Both the position numbers and the translations under genes were made by a program. 64,000 bases of DNA, taken from Botryllus schlosseri. Its lineage: Eukaryota. Within the stretch, counting starts at the first letter, position 1. Every line of letters starts with the position of its first letter. Below are positions 51,851 through 64,000 of this stretch, one piece after another. The notes under the pieces were generated by a model, which saw only the letters and a list, made by a program, of their open reading frames with translations, searched no databases and had not been told where the DNA came from. The stretch spans positions 21,638,001-21,702,000 of the forward strand of contig CM119374.1 of NCBI GenBank assembly GCA_051294905.1. Reading direction: 5' to 3'.

Positions 51851-52567
51851 ATGTTTGATAAACTTCACAGGTGGAATGCTCCGGCTTCTCAAACCTACAC
51901 TGATGTCATTAATTCGTTAGAAGATGCAACTACGTTTAGCTTCACTGTCCGTAAAGAGCAGCGAGAGCCTTTCAGGCATACTTGCATCGAACTGCAATTC
52001 GACAATAACGCCTGCTACACCGTAAATCGACGGATACCTGACAAAACCTCATTGGCAGTAGCGGTGCTCGGAGCCCGTGCCGTCACCTACATCGAAAAAG
52101 CGAAGAGTGTGACGTCTCAAAACTGCGGGACGATATACAAAAGTCAAAATAAATTGGAGTCGGAAGCGGTCATAAAAGTATTACTGCAAGACGCGGAAGA
52201 AGTCTACAACCTGTGGGATAAAAATTGTCGAGATCACGTCACAACCATGGTGCTTAAAGCAATGAAAGACAGAACATGGGAATATACGTCGAAATCTGAC
52301 TTTTTGAATTTCGTCGAAAAGGTCCGAGAAGAAGACCGCCAGCGAGTCGCGGCCATTTTTATTTTCTACGCTTTTTCTATTTTACAAATATCTTCAGCAA
52401 TTTTTATTTTCAACGCCGCTACGGCCCTAATATTATTTCAATACGATAAATATTCAAGAGACATAATCACTTTATTGGTGCTCTCCATAACGCCTTCAAA
52501 CACGCTTAATATCGGTGCTAAAATGGGTTTATTCCACAAACTGCGAGCTGTTACTTCTATATTTTGA
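51851..52567 (+). CDS. Family copy A2, intact
   Basis: 238 aa, about 85% identical to A1 (36 differences by my count). His and NC motifs intact; TATATAAA at 51768-51775; AATAAA at 52668-52673. Confidence 0.85.
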   Translation: MFDKLHRWNAPASQTYTDVINSLEDATTFSFTVRKEQREPFRHTCIELQFDNNACYTVNRRIPDKTSLAVAVLGARAVTYIEKAKSVTSQNCGTIYKSQNKLESEAVIKVLLQDAEEVYNLWDKNCRDHVTTMVLKAMKDRTWEYTSKSDFLNFVEKVREEDRQRVAAIFIFYAFSILQISSAIFIFNAATALILFQYDKYSRDIITLLVLSITPSNTLNIGAKMGLFHKLRAVTSIF

Positions 52568-55500
52568 ATGTTTCTGACTGTTATTTATTTCACCGACGAA
52601 GTGCAATTTTTTACTTATCAATTGTCCAGCTACTGTGTTATTCTATCACTGTGATATTTATTACTCTAATAAATATTATTTTATACAAGCGACGCTGACT
52701 TCTACTGCAAAGTTTACTTATCGGAAACTTGAGCATTATTCAGCAAATGCCAGGATAAAACGTGCTGTCTTTGCGTAGCAGTGTGAAGATTGCATGAAGG
52801 GGAAGTGTGACCAAATTTGTGAAATTATATGCATAGATAGAAATTATTATCATTCTAGTAATCAAACTAGCATACATGTCAGCTTTCAAGAAGACGAATT
52901 TACTGTAAAGCTTGAATTTCTGTAAATGGATCTCCACTTCCAGAGATTTCAGACGATTCTACTGGTGATAGACCGGCATTGCTAAGCCATTTGTTATGAC
53001 AAAGACTTCACCAGACCGGATTTCATTAATGATTGCAATTTGAATGGTTATCAATTTCGGCATAAATACACAATTGTCATGCAGATATTTATTTAAAGGA
53101 TCCATCAGTATAGTTTAATTACCGATTTGGAATCATCAGTCGCAATAATTACGACGGCGGGATAAATTTTAGCGAATATGATTTGTTTTGTTTGAATTTG
53201 AATAAGATTGATTAGTAGATGCGAAGCCACTGGTTTTCGACTGATCACATATTTTAAGGGGTAGTTATGCAAAAATGGTATTTATTAATTCGATCCCCCC
53301 AAAAGACTAAATCCTCGACTAATAACTCTTATTGGACCCACGTATTCTCCAGGCAATAAGTAAATAAAATGAGTACAGAAGGACGAGTGTATTCCGCTCA
53401 TGCCAAATCCAAGCGCAGTGAAATCAATATAAAACAGATGTGTTAAACATGACATATATTTTTTTCACAGACGCTAATATTCGTTCGTGTCCCGCAAGGG
53501 AATAAGCTATACTTACACTAGTCCTCAAAATGATGCCGATGTCTAACCGATGCATAACGCGTTGCCTGCGAAATACTAAGCTAAATATTGTTTAGTTAGG
53601 CATATAATGTAAACCGTCTCTATGGGACATGCTCTGACTCTCTTACTTGAAAATGATGTCGGCGAATTTATTCTATAGTTTCATGCGAGTGCCATGGCCA
53701 AATGCGATCTTGCACGTACCTGGTGTACATGCCGCTTATGTGTAGTACGGGATATTGCCTGTTATTGTGGGCATGTATCTCCCAGATGCCGAATTTTACA
53801 CTAGCTTATTAGTTGGTATGCATAACGTATCTAGGCTGAGACGATGCTTTATGCCGGAAGGCCGGAAAAGGACGACTTATTCGTGGTATTGCTGCAAAGA
53901 CACTATTTGTGCGCTAAGAATGTCCCTTATGTGGAAAGGAGTTATGCCTGCTTCAAAAGGTTATAATAAATCTGTCACGTTAGAGGCGGGGCTTCAGCAA
54001 TACTACTACAGCAACTGAACTAGCTTATGATCTAGCAACTAACACAGATAGAATATAAACAAAAGCGCTAATTACTTATCGTTATCACCGGCGTCGAGCG
54101 TACGAAATACGAGACCTGTTTCGCGCGAAATACGATACTGAAGGACGACCTATCTATAGGAATAAGAAAACGTAGGGTAAGGTAACGAAAGTATGACGTG
54201 TCTCGGCTACATTTATTACTCTAGCGCCTGGTATCTGTGGAATGCACGGGGGTCAACCGCGTAATCGCGACGATAGATGAAGTATCATAATCTCCGGCTA
54301 TACTAGTGAAATTTGTGTATAGCATAATAGCAACATGTTACCCCTAATTCGTAGAATCCCCTAAATGCTAATTTTGTCGTACATATATCGTGGTTATATT
54401 TTATAAACTCCACCTGCATAACGAGGTACTTTTTGCGACATCCTGTTATTCCTGGAAACTAAACGACGTTCTTTTACACCATCTGTGCGCATATAGTATA
54501 TGGGCGCTCCATTATGACATAATTCCATCGATTTGCAGTTACGGAAAGGCACTATCATAGTAAATCGAGACATCATGTACAAAACGCCATTGCCATATGT
54601 CTCATTTCTTCGTGATATCGACTCATATTGTTGTTATTGTTTATCGAAAGAAAATCTTGGCGCTTGATCACCAGTTGGATCGACTCATTGAAGCGGATCT
54701 AATGGTTTGCGTCGATATGTGTTGCATCGAAAATAAACAGCACTGGAAGTACACAAAATCAGCATTACATATGTGAGAAAGTGCAGGATATAAAAGGACG
54801 AGATTAATTCCATCATATATTGTAATTGGTAATTGAAACTTGACATCACTACTGTAATGTATTTCCGATGAACAGTTCTGCACGGAGACGAAGACGATTT
54901 AGGTCACCAAAGCAATTGGTGTCATTGTAGGCGACAGTGGGACATTCGAAGGTGTGTTTTTGTCATGTGAATCGAGGGGTGTTGACGTGCGATCGGTATC
55001 TATACACTATGTATCGTGTACACGATGTAATAGGTTACGCTTGTACCATAGCGCAGTGGACAAAATACAGTCACTTGTTTCTCATGGGTAATTAATTGAG
55101 ATATACAATGTAGTTTTACATACAAGCCATATCGGAAGCAGGAATGTTAATATGCGCGATAGCTTTGTAGACTAAGCAATATATCTTTACGTGCGTCTGC
55201 CATAGCCACAACCAAGATATTCATATCTCGCAGCCCATTCTGATAATATGACGGGATACCAGTCGGATACGTCAGCGCTTTAACTTAACAACAACAAAGG
55301 TATGTGTGACGGACTAAATCTTTCATTAACAAATTATAACCTTTTAGTTACCCGCATCTGGCCGTCACGAAATTCAGGGATTCGTGTCACATGTTGCTCT
55401 GAATAATTTACCCTTTTAGCGTGTTATTCTGCTGATCGGACCCTTGTTCGCGACAAACCTGGCACGAGGCGCACCAGACCGTTCGCGGTGATAAGCGCCA

Positions 55501-55838
55501 CCTCATTTTGTAGTATCTATAATAATCTTACAATCATTAATTGGTGTTTAGATTTGTGGTTATCGCATTCGGCTGTCTGATTGCATTCGCTATTAAACTA
55601 TCCCGACCATGTAGCTTTATCATAAATTAAGTCTCCGCTAAATCATTTGTAGTACTATTATGTAACAGGTAGTAATTGCATACCAAGATGTATCAATCCT
55701 TGTTAGGCGGTAAGCGCCAATATCGACTTTTAGAATAGAATTTTAGAATACTACCAATACTGTCCAGTACCGTGATTTGGTATAAAAAAAAGTGACAGAA
55801 ACGGGTTTCTGTTGGGTTTAGGTCTTCTTTGTTACTTC

Positions 55839-57070
55839 TAGAGGTGGTCAAAGTAGTCAAGAAAGCTACTCAAGTAGAAGTAGAAGTAGTCATGAAAAAA
55901 TCTACTAAAGTACGAGTAGAAGTACTTGTTCAATTAGCCACCTAAATTTACTTGAAGTAGAAGTAGATTTGAGTGACTTTAAATCTACTCAAGTAAGTAA
56001 GTAGTTTTGAAAACGGTCCTAATTCGTTCACATGGATTGTCAACAGCTGCGAATTGAGCTGTGCGGAAGGTGCAGAGAGCTTGATTCGTATTGATGAATC
56101 CCAGGAGAAGGTATCAATTTTCGACGGATGAGCATTTTTTTCGCATCACAGGATGCAAATTATAGTATTGATATGAAAATGCGATACTAACCCTTTGTTT
56201 ACTGGAAGAATATCATGGCATGGTGCCCTACCCCATATTATAAGGCCCCAAGTTTAGGCGCAGAGCAATACGTAGAAGTTTTATCGAATACTCTTTCATC
56301 ACTTTGTGTGATTAGTATACGTTAATAACAAATATTGTGGACCGTAAAAAAGTTATATTTATTTTAGCTTTATTTTCGGAAAATAGAGGCAATACAAGAC
56401 TTGCTTTAATGCTTCAACATGTATGTTCTGCAGACAAAAGAAATGCAAGTTATTAGAACTCAAAGTATGATACTCGCAATTGAAAGTGAAATACAAATAA
56501 CACTTCTAAAAAGCGGAAACTAAATTTCATGTTTTTCGTCCATGAAGCTTCAAAGGTGATCTGCTAAAACAGGTGTAACATGTAATGGGCTGCTAGATTA
56601 CGATATGATTTGTAATTGCTAGATTGCGAAATGGTAGTTTCAAACGTTACGGTGGGCCATGTCTACTGTGATGAAATATTTGATATGGGCAACAATGCGG
56701 TGTGAGCGGAACCAAGCAATCCCGTACCTTAATTATATTCACTGATACTTCCCTGAAAACATATTTGTCCATCATAACTACTGTGCGCGAAGGGCAACAA
56801 AATTCCTAGGCTTTACTTGACTTTTTTGAATATTAAATCTTGTTAATCCGTGAAAACAGCTCCGTAAGTCCTAAGGCTATCTTTCGTATTGGGGGATTAA
56901 ACTACTTCTACTTGACAAACTGAAAATAGCGAAAAGTAAGTAAGTAGATCACAAAATATTACGAAGTAGAAGTAAAGAAAATCTGATCTACTGGAGTAAG
57001 TACCAGAAGTAGATGAAAACTACTTGAGTACTTCCAAAAAGTAGAAGTACTTCGTTACTGATCACATCTG
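55839..57070. mobile_element. MITE with AAGTAG subterminal repeats
   Basis: Ends TAGAGGTGGTCAAAGTA / TTACTGATCACATCTG; TSD-like GTTACTTC/CTTACTGC; related fragments at ~17265-17380, 31102-31313 and ~60450-60505. Confidence 0.7.
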
Positions 57071-57767
57071 CTTACTGCATAATATGTACCTGTCTTCGGT
57101 TTACCTATTTCGGTTGGATCTTGAATGCAACGTTGTACAACGTAGAATCCGTGCAGCATAAATATAATAGAATATGACAGACAATTGAAGTTTGCTAATA
57201 TTTATCTACACATGCCTGATTTTTTTAATGTGCTGTTGGAATATGCAAAAGGTTGCGAAGCATATCAAAATAAATAACAGCATCATAATAAATAAGACAT
57301 AATTGCTCTCCGGAACGTTATGAGATGCTGAGCAAAACTTAACACCACACGCGTGTTCGACGCAGAGTTACCTATATACTACTACAGTTACGACCCTTTA
57401 TTGACGAAACAATTAAACAAATAGAATATAAACAAAATGCTTGATGCGATAGTAGTAAACCGTTACCTGTTTGAAGTATGAAACATGAGACAATAGGTCT
57501 CTAGAACTAGAACTAGATAGGTCTCTAGAACTAGATATCCCGATGACGTATACCGCAACCGCCTCCGATTACTTTTTCTTTCTACGCCGTTGTGGTTGTG
57601 GTATCTCTGGAATGTGCCGGAAATAAGTGCATACAAAACCGCGCGACGGTACTCTATCGGATTGACCGGTATCACCTGAATTCGGAGGGTATAAAAAGAG
57701 TACGGAATTGAAATCTGTCGTCATTGGTTCACACACGGTCGTACCGCCGCCTGATAACTTCGTCAGT

Positions 57768-58268
57768 ATGTTTCGCGACCTTCATCGACGGAACTCTGCC
57801 AAGTCGCGAAGTTATGTCGATATTATATCAACGTTAGAGGAGTCGATGAGTTTTGCGTTCACAATCCGCAAAGAGAATGGCGAACCAATTCGACACACGT
57901 CAATAGAACTGCAATTCGACGGTAACGCACGATACACGGTAGATCTGCGCATCGCAGCCCGCACTGTTACTTACATCGAAAACGATAGCGAAGTGAGGTC
58001 GGAGAACTGCGGAATTGTGTTCCAGAGCAATAACAAAGTCGAATCGAAAGCAGTAATTGACAAACTGCTTTGGGGAGACGGAAAAATGTTGTTATACAAT
58101 CCGTCGGAAAATATCGGCAAAGACCGCGTCGCTACGACTGTAGCAAGAGCGATGGAAGGCAGACCCTGGAAATGGACTTCTAAGCAAAAGGTTTTTGAAT
58201 TTATTGAGAGCGCCCGCACGGAAAATAGTAGAAGAGCGGGACTGGTTGTAATAGCTTGCATTGCATAA
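57768..58268 (+). CDS. Family copy B2: open 166-aa ORF, catalytic NC changed to IG, C-terminal tail truncated (pseudoenzyme or decaying gene)
   Basis: The ATG at 57768 (MFRDLHRR) is the homologous start. IRHTSIEL retained; YNPSENIGKD aligns to YNLWDKNCRD; stop falls after only ~8 hydrophobic residues; TATAAAAA at 57690. Confidence 0.6.
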   Translation: MFRDLHRRNSAKSRSYVDIISTLEESMSFAFTIRKENGEPIRHTSIELQFDGNARYTVDLRIAARTVTYIENDSEVRSENCGIVFQSNNKVESKAVIDKLLWGDGKMLLYNPSENIGKDRVATTVARAMEGRPWKWTSKQKVFEFIESARTENSRRAGLVVIACIA

Positions 58269-59269
58269 CGCGCAATTCGTAATTTTTTTCATCGATATTG
58301 CATTTGTTTTGGGTGCTTTCTCAGATATACTAATGACGGATTGCGTATAATTGCGAGTTGTATACTGAGAACGGATATCATGTATTTTGTCAATTTCCAA
58401 CATGTAGGGTGGAAAACCGCTCAACGACGCTTTTTATTTCCATAACAAATGATGTATTTGACATGTTTTCACCCATCGGAATCTGGGAAGCGAGTGACGC
58501 AGAGTATACTAAGCGACACTGTCATGACCGTCTCGGCGAATTATGATGAATGGATTCATAACTGGAAATCGTCCGTGAATAGTACAAAAGGCATGCAAAT
58601 TATGAACATTACAAGATTCATAACCGTGGTGCAAATGACCTGAATAGGCGATAATTGTTCCATAAACAATAACAACAACCCTTCGGAATGGAAGGATGGG
58701 TGTTAAGGCAAAATTTGGTACTAGAAATTGCCGATCTCTTGCTTTGCGCTCTATACGCTGCGTTGAAAAGCAATGGTAGATACTCCTACTTTTCAACGAT
58801 GTAGCTTGGTATGTATTTTGATATAATGAAATTGTGATATCGTTTTTCATGCTTGAGTTATATTCAGAGTTAATAGTAGTTAATGATAGGAGACCGCTGT
58901 TGAATACGATGTGAAGCACCATAAACCATATGTGTTGTATGCGATAATGTTATTTATTACTTTTCCTTTACTTCCTTTTGTACTACACCGTGAATGACGG
59001 GCGTCAAGCCTTGATAACCTAAATTTTGAATTTGCTGATGACCTGGATTCAGTGAAGTGGCCGAACGGGATGCACATTCGAAAACTCCGATGCTGCGATA
59101 TTTCTGGCATGAATGATGACGGATATTGTTTTTCGTATGAAACGCTTTTGTTTCTCCGAATTTTCCAATGTATGTTAAAATTTCTCAAACACGATGGACA
59201 CTGTACAACTATATTATACGCCGAATGAATACTTTGGTAAAAAGCAGGAGAATTCTCCGATTTTATATG

Positions 59270-59545
59270 TCAACTAATTGTTTGCTTGATATTCATTGTG
59301 TTTCGACTATGTTGGTCATTGTACACCAGGCCGATATTCTATATTTTGATCCCATATTTACCGACATCAAGCACGGCCCACTTTTAGGCTTTTATAAGAC
59401 ACCGCTTACGCGGATCACGTAGCGAGGGGAAGCCTAGATACACCGCCAACAATTGGATAGGAATTTTGGAGTCTACCTCGGTCGGACTCGAATCCACAGC
59501 ACATTGGTGTTGTAGCTCTGGATTATACCACTACACTATCTTGGA
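59270..59545 (-). mobile_element. tRNA-derived SINE, same family
   Basis: Minus strand reads gatagtgtagtggtataatcc...ggattcgagtccgaccgaggtagact...tatctaggct, followed by the shared 3' body. Confidence 0.75.
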
Positions 59546-62139
59546 AGAGTAATAAAGGATTTGCGAAATGTCGTCGTCCAGAGGCTGTAAATACGGATTG
59601 AAGATGATCCGCCTCCTACCGATTCTGAAACCGATTATGATACAAAGAGCTAATCATATCGTACATATCCAGTGATATATAACTGCTAGATGCTTTGTAT
59701 CTAAAACAAATGATTTTATCCGAGGAATAAGAAATTAATAAAACTTTCATTTTCATACAATTTTCGAGTATGTCATGGACATGTGGTTTTCATAAGACGG
59801 GGGATTTCGCAGCTGCAGACTATTTTGGGAACGTAATTGGGGCGGAGAGTATTGTTAGCGGCTGTGACCAGCTTTTCAGGTTTGAAGCCAGGGCTCGGCG
59901 TGATCAGTTCCGGGACAGTTGGTCCCTCATAAGCTGTCATACGAAATGTATGTGGAAAGGTGTGAATGGGGAGAGGGTGTCTAGGTTGCGACCACGCTCT
60001 GTAGCTCCATAGAGTGTGGAGCGGAGTCGAAACTTGAAGATTAATATTATTATTATTGATGAGTTTTAGGTGGCGCGTGGCGCCGTTTACGGCCTTGTGC
60101 ACCACGGGCAAAATATGTTATCAAGGATCGAATTTTCGTGCTCTGGGACATCTTAACTTGAAGATGGGATCCTACAATTGATCACGATTCCGTTCTATAA
60201 AATACCGAAAAATGATCCGTAACCAAACAACTATATAAAGAAACATCGTAACAGCAAACAAGGACCGTGATTAAAAACGTGAATGCGTATACTTGACTGT
60301 TGACAGGTACTTTGTGTGTTTGTGACCAGACAAACCTCACGACGCAATGATTTCGTACTACCGCAATGCGGTGTTTCTGATATCTACCGGTTTGCCACGA
60401 AGTTAAGATTTGAGGCATTTAGATCTCCACCTCAAAGACATGTCAAAGCTACTTCAAGTAGAAGTAGATTACTAGGATATGACAAGCTCTCAAGTAAGTA
60501 GTTAGTGAATATATTTGCATGATGTACAGTTTTATTTTAAACTGTAAATGATATTATGCCATTAAGGTCTTCGCTTTGAAAAATAAAACAATTATCTACA
60601 AATAATTATTGTTATTTAGTAAGAAACCTCATTGTTTCATTATACTATGTACTACGCAGCTACCAGAAATAAATAAAAGGGTTTCGAATTAATATAGCAT
60701 CAATTTATTAGAGTTCTGCGCATGCGTAAATGCCGCTTATATATGGATCATACAAGTTTCTACGTGTTGGCGAAATAACGCGTTCACTATATAAATAAGC
60801 TCCATTGCTGCACACCATGACAAGAATACACCGAGCGCGACCATGCGAGCCACTGGAATAAATAAGTCACTGAGAAAGGACAAACAGAATACCTGACATT
60901 TAATTTTTTTTTATTCCTAGATTTTTGTCTTGAATATCGGCTTATCGTTTATTGCAGCTGTAAAAGCATTTTAATTAGGCAACATATATCCAAAAATTCA
61001 ATCAGGATTTTTTTTTTGGGTACCAAGAATGCTCTGACCTGACAAAAGGGTTCGAGCAGCAAAAAAAGGTCGGGAAACCTTGCTTTAGTCTGAGAATTGA
61101 GCACAGAACCCATGGGGATTGAGAAGTTGGATGATATGCGATTGTGCAATATCGACGTTATCTCACAATTACAGCGTAAAGAAAATAGCGACAAACGAGC
61201 ATATTATTAGGCAATACATTTCCTTAACTCTGGCAATTTTTTCATACCGTCCCATGAATTCGGATCGACACAATACATTTCCAAGTCTGTCTGGGACTTT
61301 GCTGCGACTCTCTCGCGTATCACATTTGCGTAATTTTCTCTTATACCCCGCCGGTTGTTTTGGGTATGGAGTGCAATTCAAAGACACGCTCGCTGGCGAT
61401 TTATGATTCTCTCGTTTCTGATAGGAATACGTACCGGAGCGTTTTAGCATTTGCGTCTGAATGCTATTGCACAGAATACTATGATCGGCAGACCGTAGGG
61501 CAACACTTAATATTTACATTTCCGTTACGCAACGTTTTTTTAGTCCGGTATTCAGGCAACCACCCTCTAAGTCGATACGACTCAAGTTTCAAATCTCCGT
61601 TTCCGCCCAATTTCCCACGTGAGAAGATACTTCATTTACGCACGATATTGCTCTGTTTGCTTTCAAGGACACGCAGGGACGTATTGCAATTGTGGGGGCG
61701 AGACATCACGTGCACAGGTTTGCGAAAATCACCCGTGATTTCCAATAGCATTAAAAACATGTGCACAATAACGAGTAGGTAATTTATCGGAGGATAAAAT
61801 TAACACTATTTCTGTGCATTTATCCTAACAGTTCTTGGAGAACATATAGAAACATGTTATTATTACAATATTATTTATTCACAGTAAAACTGGTAAATAC
61901 ACATATAATGCGGGGAGCAACCTGCCCGCAAAGGAAAATGACGAGATTGAAGTAATTTTTTGAAATATCAGTAACGTAGTCAAATTGGTATTCTTATGCA
62001 ATACATGAAGAGGTCAGATTACAGAATTGCAGTAGATGAATAATTGGCAAGGTTGCCGCGGTAAAGATGATTGAAAATTAAGAATCGAAATTGCAGAAAT
62101 TATGCTGTGAGTTTCGAGTACAAATGCAATTTAGTCCAG

Positions 62140-63620
62140 TGGTGTATTCTAGGTGTTCCAAAGAATATGCACAGTGCCCAACAAAGTAAATCTTCTTGAT
62201 CATGTCGAATCAAACGTTTCCCGGATATTTTCGGATATGTCCCATGAGGTTTTTTCTTACAACCGCTGCCAATGACGATCGGTACAATGTTTTTTTTGCA
62301 TCGCCACATTTTCTCACATTCCATTTTGAAATCTGCGTATTTTGATTGCTTTTCGGATTCCGTTTGTAGTACGTTGTGATCAGCAGGGACTGCCAGTTCA
62401 ATGAATAAGCATTCTCCTTTCTTTTTTTAGATTTATTATCATATCCGAGCGGTTGCTCCTGATTTCGCGGTCAGTTATAACTGGTACATCCCACAGAATT
62501 TTTACTTGGTCGTTTTCTGTCACTGGTGCTGGACTGCAATCATACCATTTTTGTCGAAGTGATGGTGTTAAAGTGGTTGCATAATTCAAGATGAATGTAG
62601 TGACCGTTCCTGTTGTGTCTCCACAATGCCGTTTACTGCGTAGGCCGACTACCGGAAGTTAAAACGTCTCAGGTTTGTTGTAAATGGGGTTCTGATATTA
62701 AACGATATATGATCGCATTCTTCATATCTTCTTGTCATCTACGTTATCATTTGTATAGTATCTATCATCAGGTAACTTTAAACTGTGAACATAACCTATG
62801 TTCCACGCGCTATAGGAACTTGATCTTAGCGGAAGTCAATATACTACTTATGAATACGCAATGACGTGAGGTAAAACGATTGTGTTTCCCAATTAAATTT
62901 TACCACTCCGTTTCTATTGCGTAGGTATGATGAAGACGGATTGCTCGAATATTAAACGATAAAACCGGTGCTGTTGTCGTAAAATATTTGTTGTTTAAGC
63001 CGAGTTGCAACTGCTGCATTGTCCATCTCCGCACGCGCCACTGATCGGTCGTCAAACCTGTGATTTGTCGGAAGGCAACCGGCATAATAAATACAATTGT
63101 ATGGTATATTCTAACATCACGATGTAGAACACACAAATAGTTACATGACTGTTCAGGTTGTCTGCGCATACTGCGAGTCGTTTCCAATACGGATGGATAG
63201 CAATCATAAAAGTCGCTAGCTCGTTTTGGCTGAGCTGTAACATCAATGAAAGAAAGTTCTCTGCAAATAGCTCTAACTGGTAGCAATAACCGTTAATTCG
63301 ATATCAGTCATAGAAACCCATTTTGAGATCCGCATTCTACATTAATCATGATCATAATCAGCGGTTCTCTCATTATTTCATATATTAAAAGATGCACAAT
63401 GTACAATACGATATAATGAACCGATAGGAGAATGTCGAAACGACCAAAGACGGTAGGCTATATCAATTTACCATACAACTCCGCCTGCTGTTGTTACTAG
63501 TAGGTTTCGCTATGAATGCCCGATGTAACAGTGTTCTATTTGTTGATCTTTTGGCTGTCTTTCTTTTGGCCCATCCTTAGCTCTTTCTATTCTCTTCCTT
63601 GTATTCGCAATTCGCATTTC
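62140..63620 (-). mobile_element. Decayed non-LTR retrotransposon with restriction-like endonuclease (R4/NeSL-like), 3' half
   Basis: Frameshifted motifs in the expected order: DIERLLLP, DQV, DDK..RM, RHN..HYIHLELC, KWY...P..VTEN...KILWD..ITD....NRSD, KMW...IVPIVIG, LLGTVHIL. Confidence 0.8.
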
Positions 63621-63639
63621 ATCAGGTCGCACAGTACGT

Positions 63640-63990
63640 TAAATTTTTGTTGAAATCACACCTTCTCTAGCAGATTTCTCGGGTTTAGCTATATTCCACG
63701 CAATTTTGAACGATGCGCCTCTAACGGCGTCGGCAATTTTAAAAAGGCCTCGAAATATAGATTGCCGGGCTTGGCATCTAGCTATAGTAACGTTTTCTGA
63801 GATCAGGCGATATGTATGACCCCAGAAGAAACTGTTGTGGTATCATTTTAATCTTCTACGCTTTGTTACAACTGTTCTTCGATAAATATGACACATCGGA
63901 TATCCATTTAGATCGGAGAAAGCAAATTATTGTTCCATGCAGAATTACAAACCCAGTTTTCGCTGTTTAATTTCCCGTTTCTTGTTCTTC
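63640..63990 (-). pseudogene. Fossil hAT (SPIN/GTF2IRD2-like) transposase N-terminus
   Basis: FAFSDLNGYPMC...ASFKIAWNIAK.EK..REG resembles the BED and following region of hAT transposases; contains stops and frameshifts. Confidence 0.55.
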
Positions 63991-64000
63991 TTTCTGTTCA

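Larger units (their letters stand above)
45265..58180 (+). repeat. Segmental duplication, block 2 (carries A2 and B2)
   Basis: Direct-orientation counterpart of 355-11905 with different TE insertions. Confidence 0.92.

Noticed and set aside
58380-61782. Several 100-140 aa ORFs (58509, 58880, 59773, 61360), some with hydrophobic stretches
   Set aside because: No coherent domain, TATA or polyA context, or paralogue support; GPCR-like hints were fragmentary.
62650-63300. Apparent class A GPCR remnants on the minus strand (MIAIHPY, Y*LPL, NPIY)
   Set aside because: The same bases give a fuller, correctly ordered series of RLE-LINE motifs continuous with the endonuclease fragment. The GPCR-like words overlap in incompatible frames.

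Overview
AT-rich eukaryotic (animal-like, probably invertebrate; taxon not determinable) genomic DNA. There is no operon, rRNA, true tRNA or CRISPR signal. The main content is a co-oriented (+ strand) array of six intronless paralogues of one uncharacterised protein family. The protein is about 240 aa, with a His motif (RHT[SC][IV]EL), a Y-x-L-W-x-x-N-C motif and a hydrophobic C-terminal tail, i.e. a permuted papain-like/NlpC-P60 pattern resembling PPPDE/DeSI isopeptidases or LRAT/PLAAT enzymes. Three copies are intact (6831, 40068, 51851). One is open but lacks the catalytic Cys and is truncated (57768). Two are pseudogenes (11535, 13673). A ~12 kb segmental duplication (about 355-11905 vs 45265-58180) accounts for two gene pairs. 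An intact Buster-type hAT transposon (36449-39975; perfect TIRs, 8-bp TSD, full ORF) sits between the putative TATA box and the start codon of one intact copy. The rest is dense in hAT MITEs, a tRNA-derived SINE family, fossil RLE-LINE and hAT fragments, and a Penelope-type repeat carrying a minimal hammerhead ribozyme (31536-31579, minus). All alignments and identities were done by eye, and no database searches were run.
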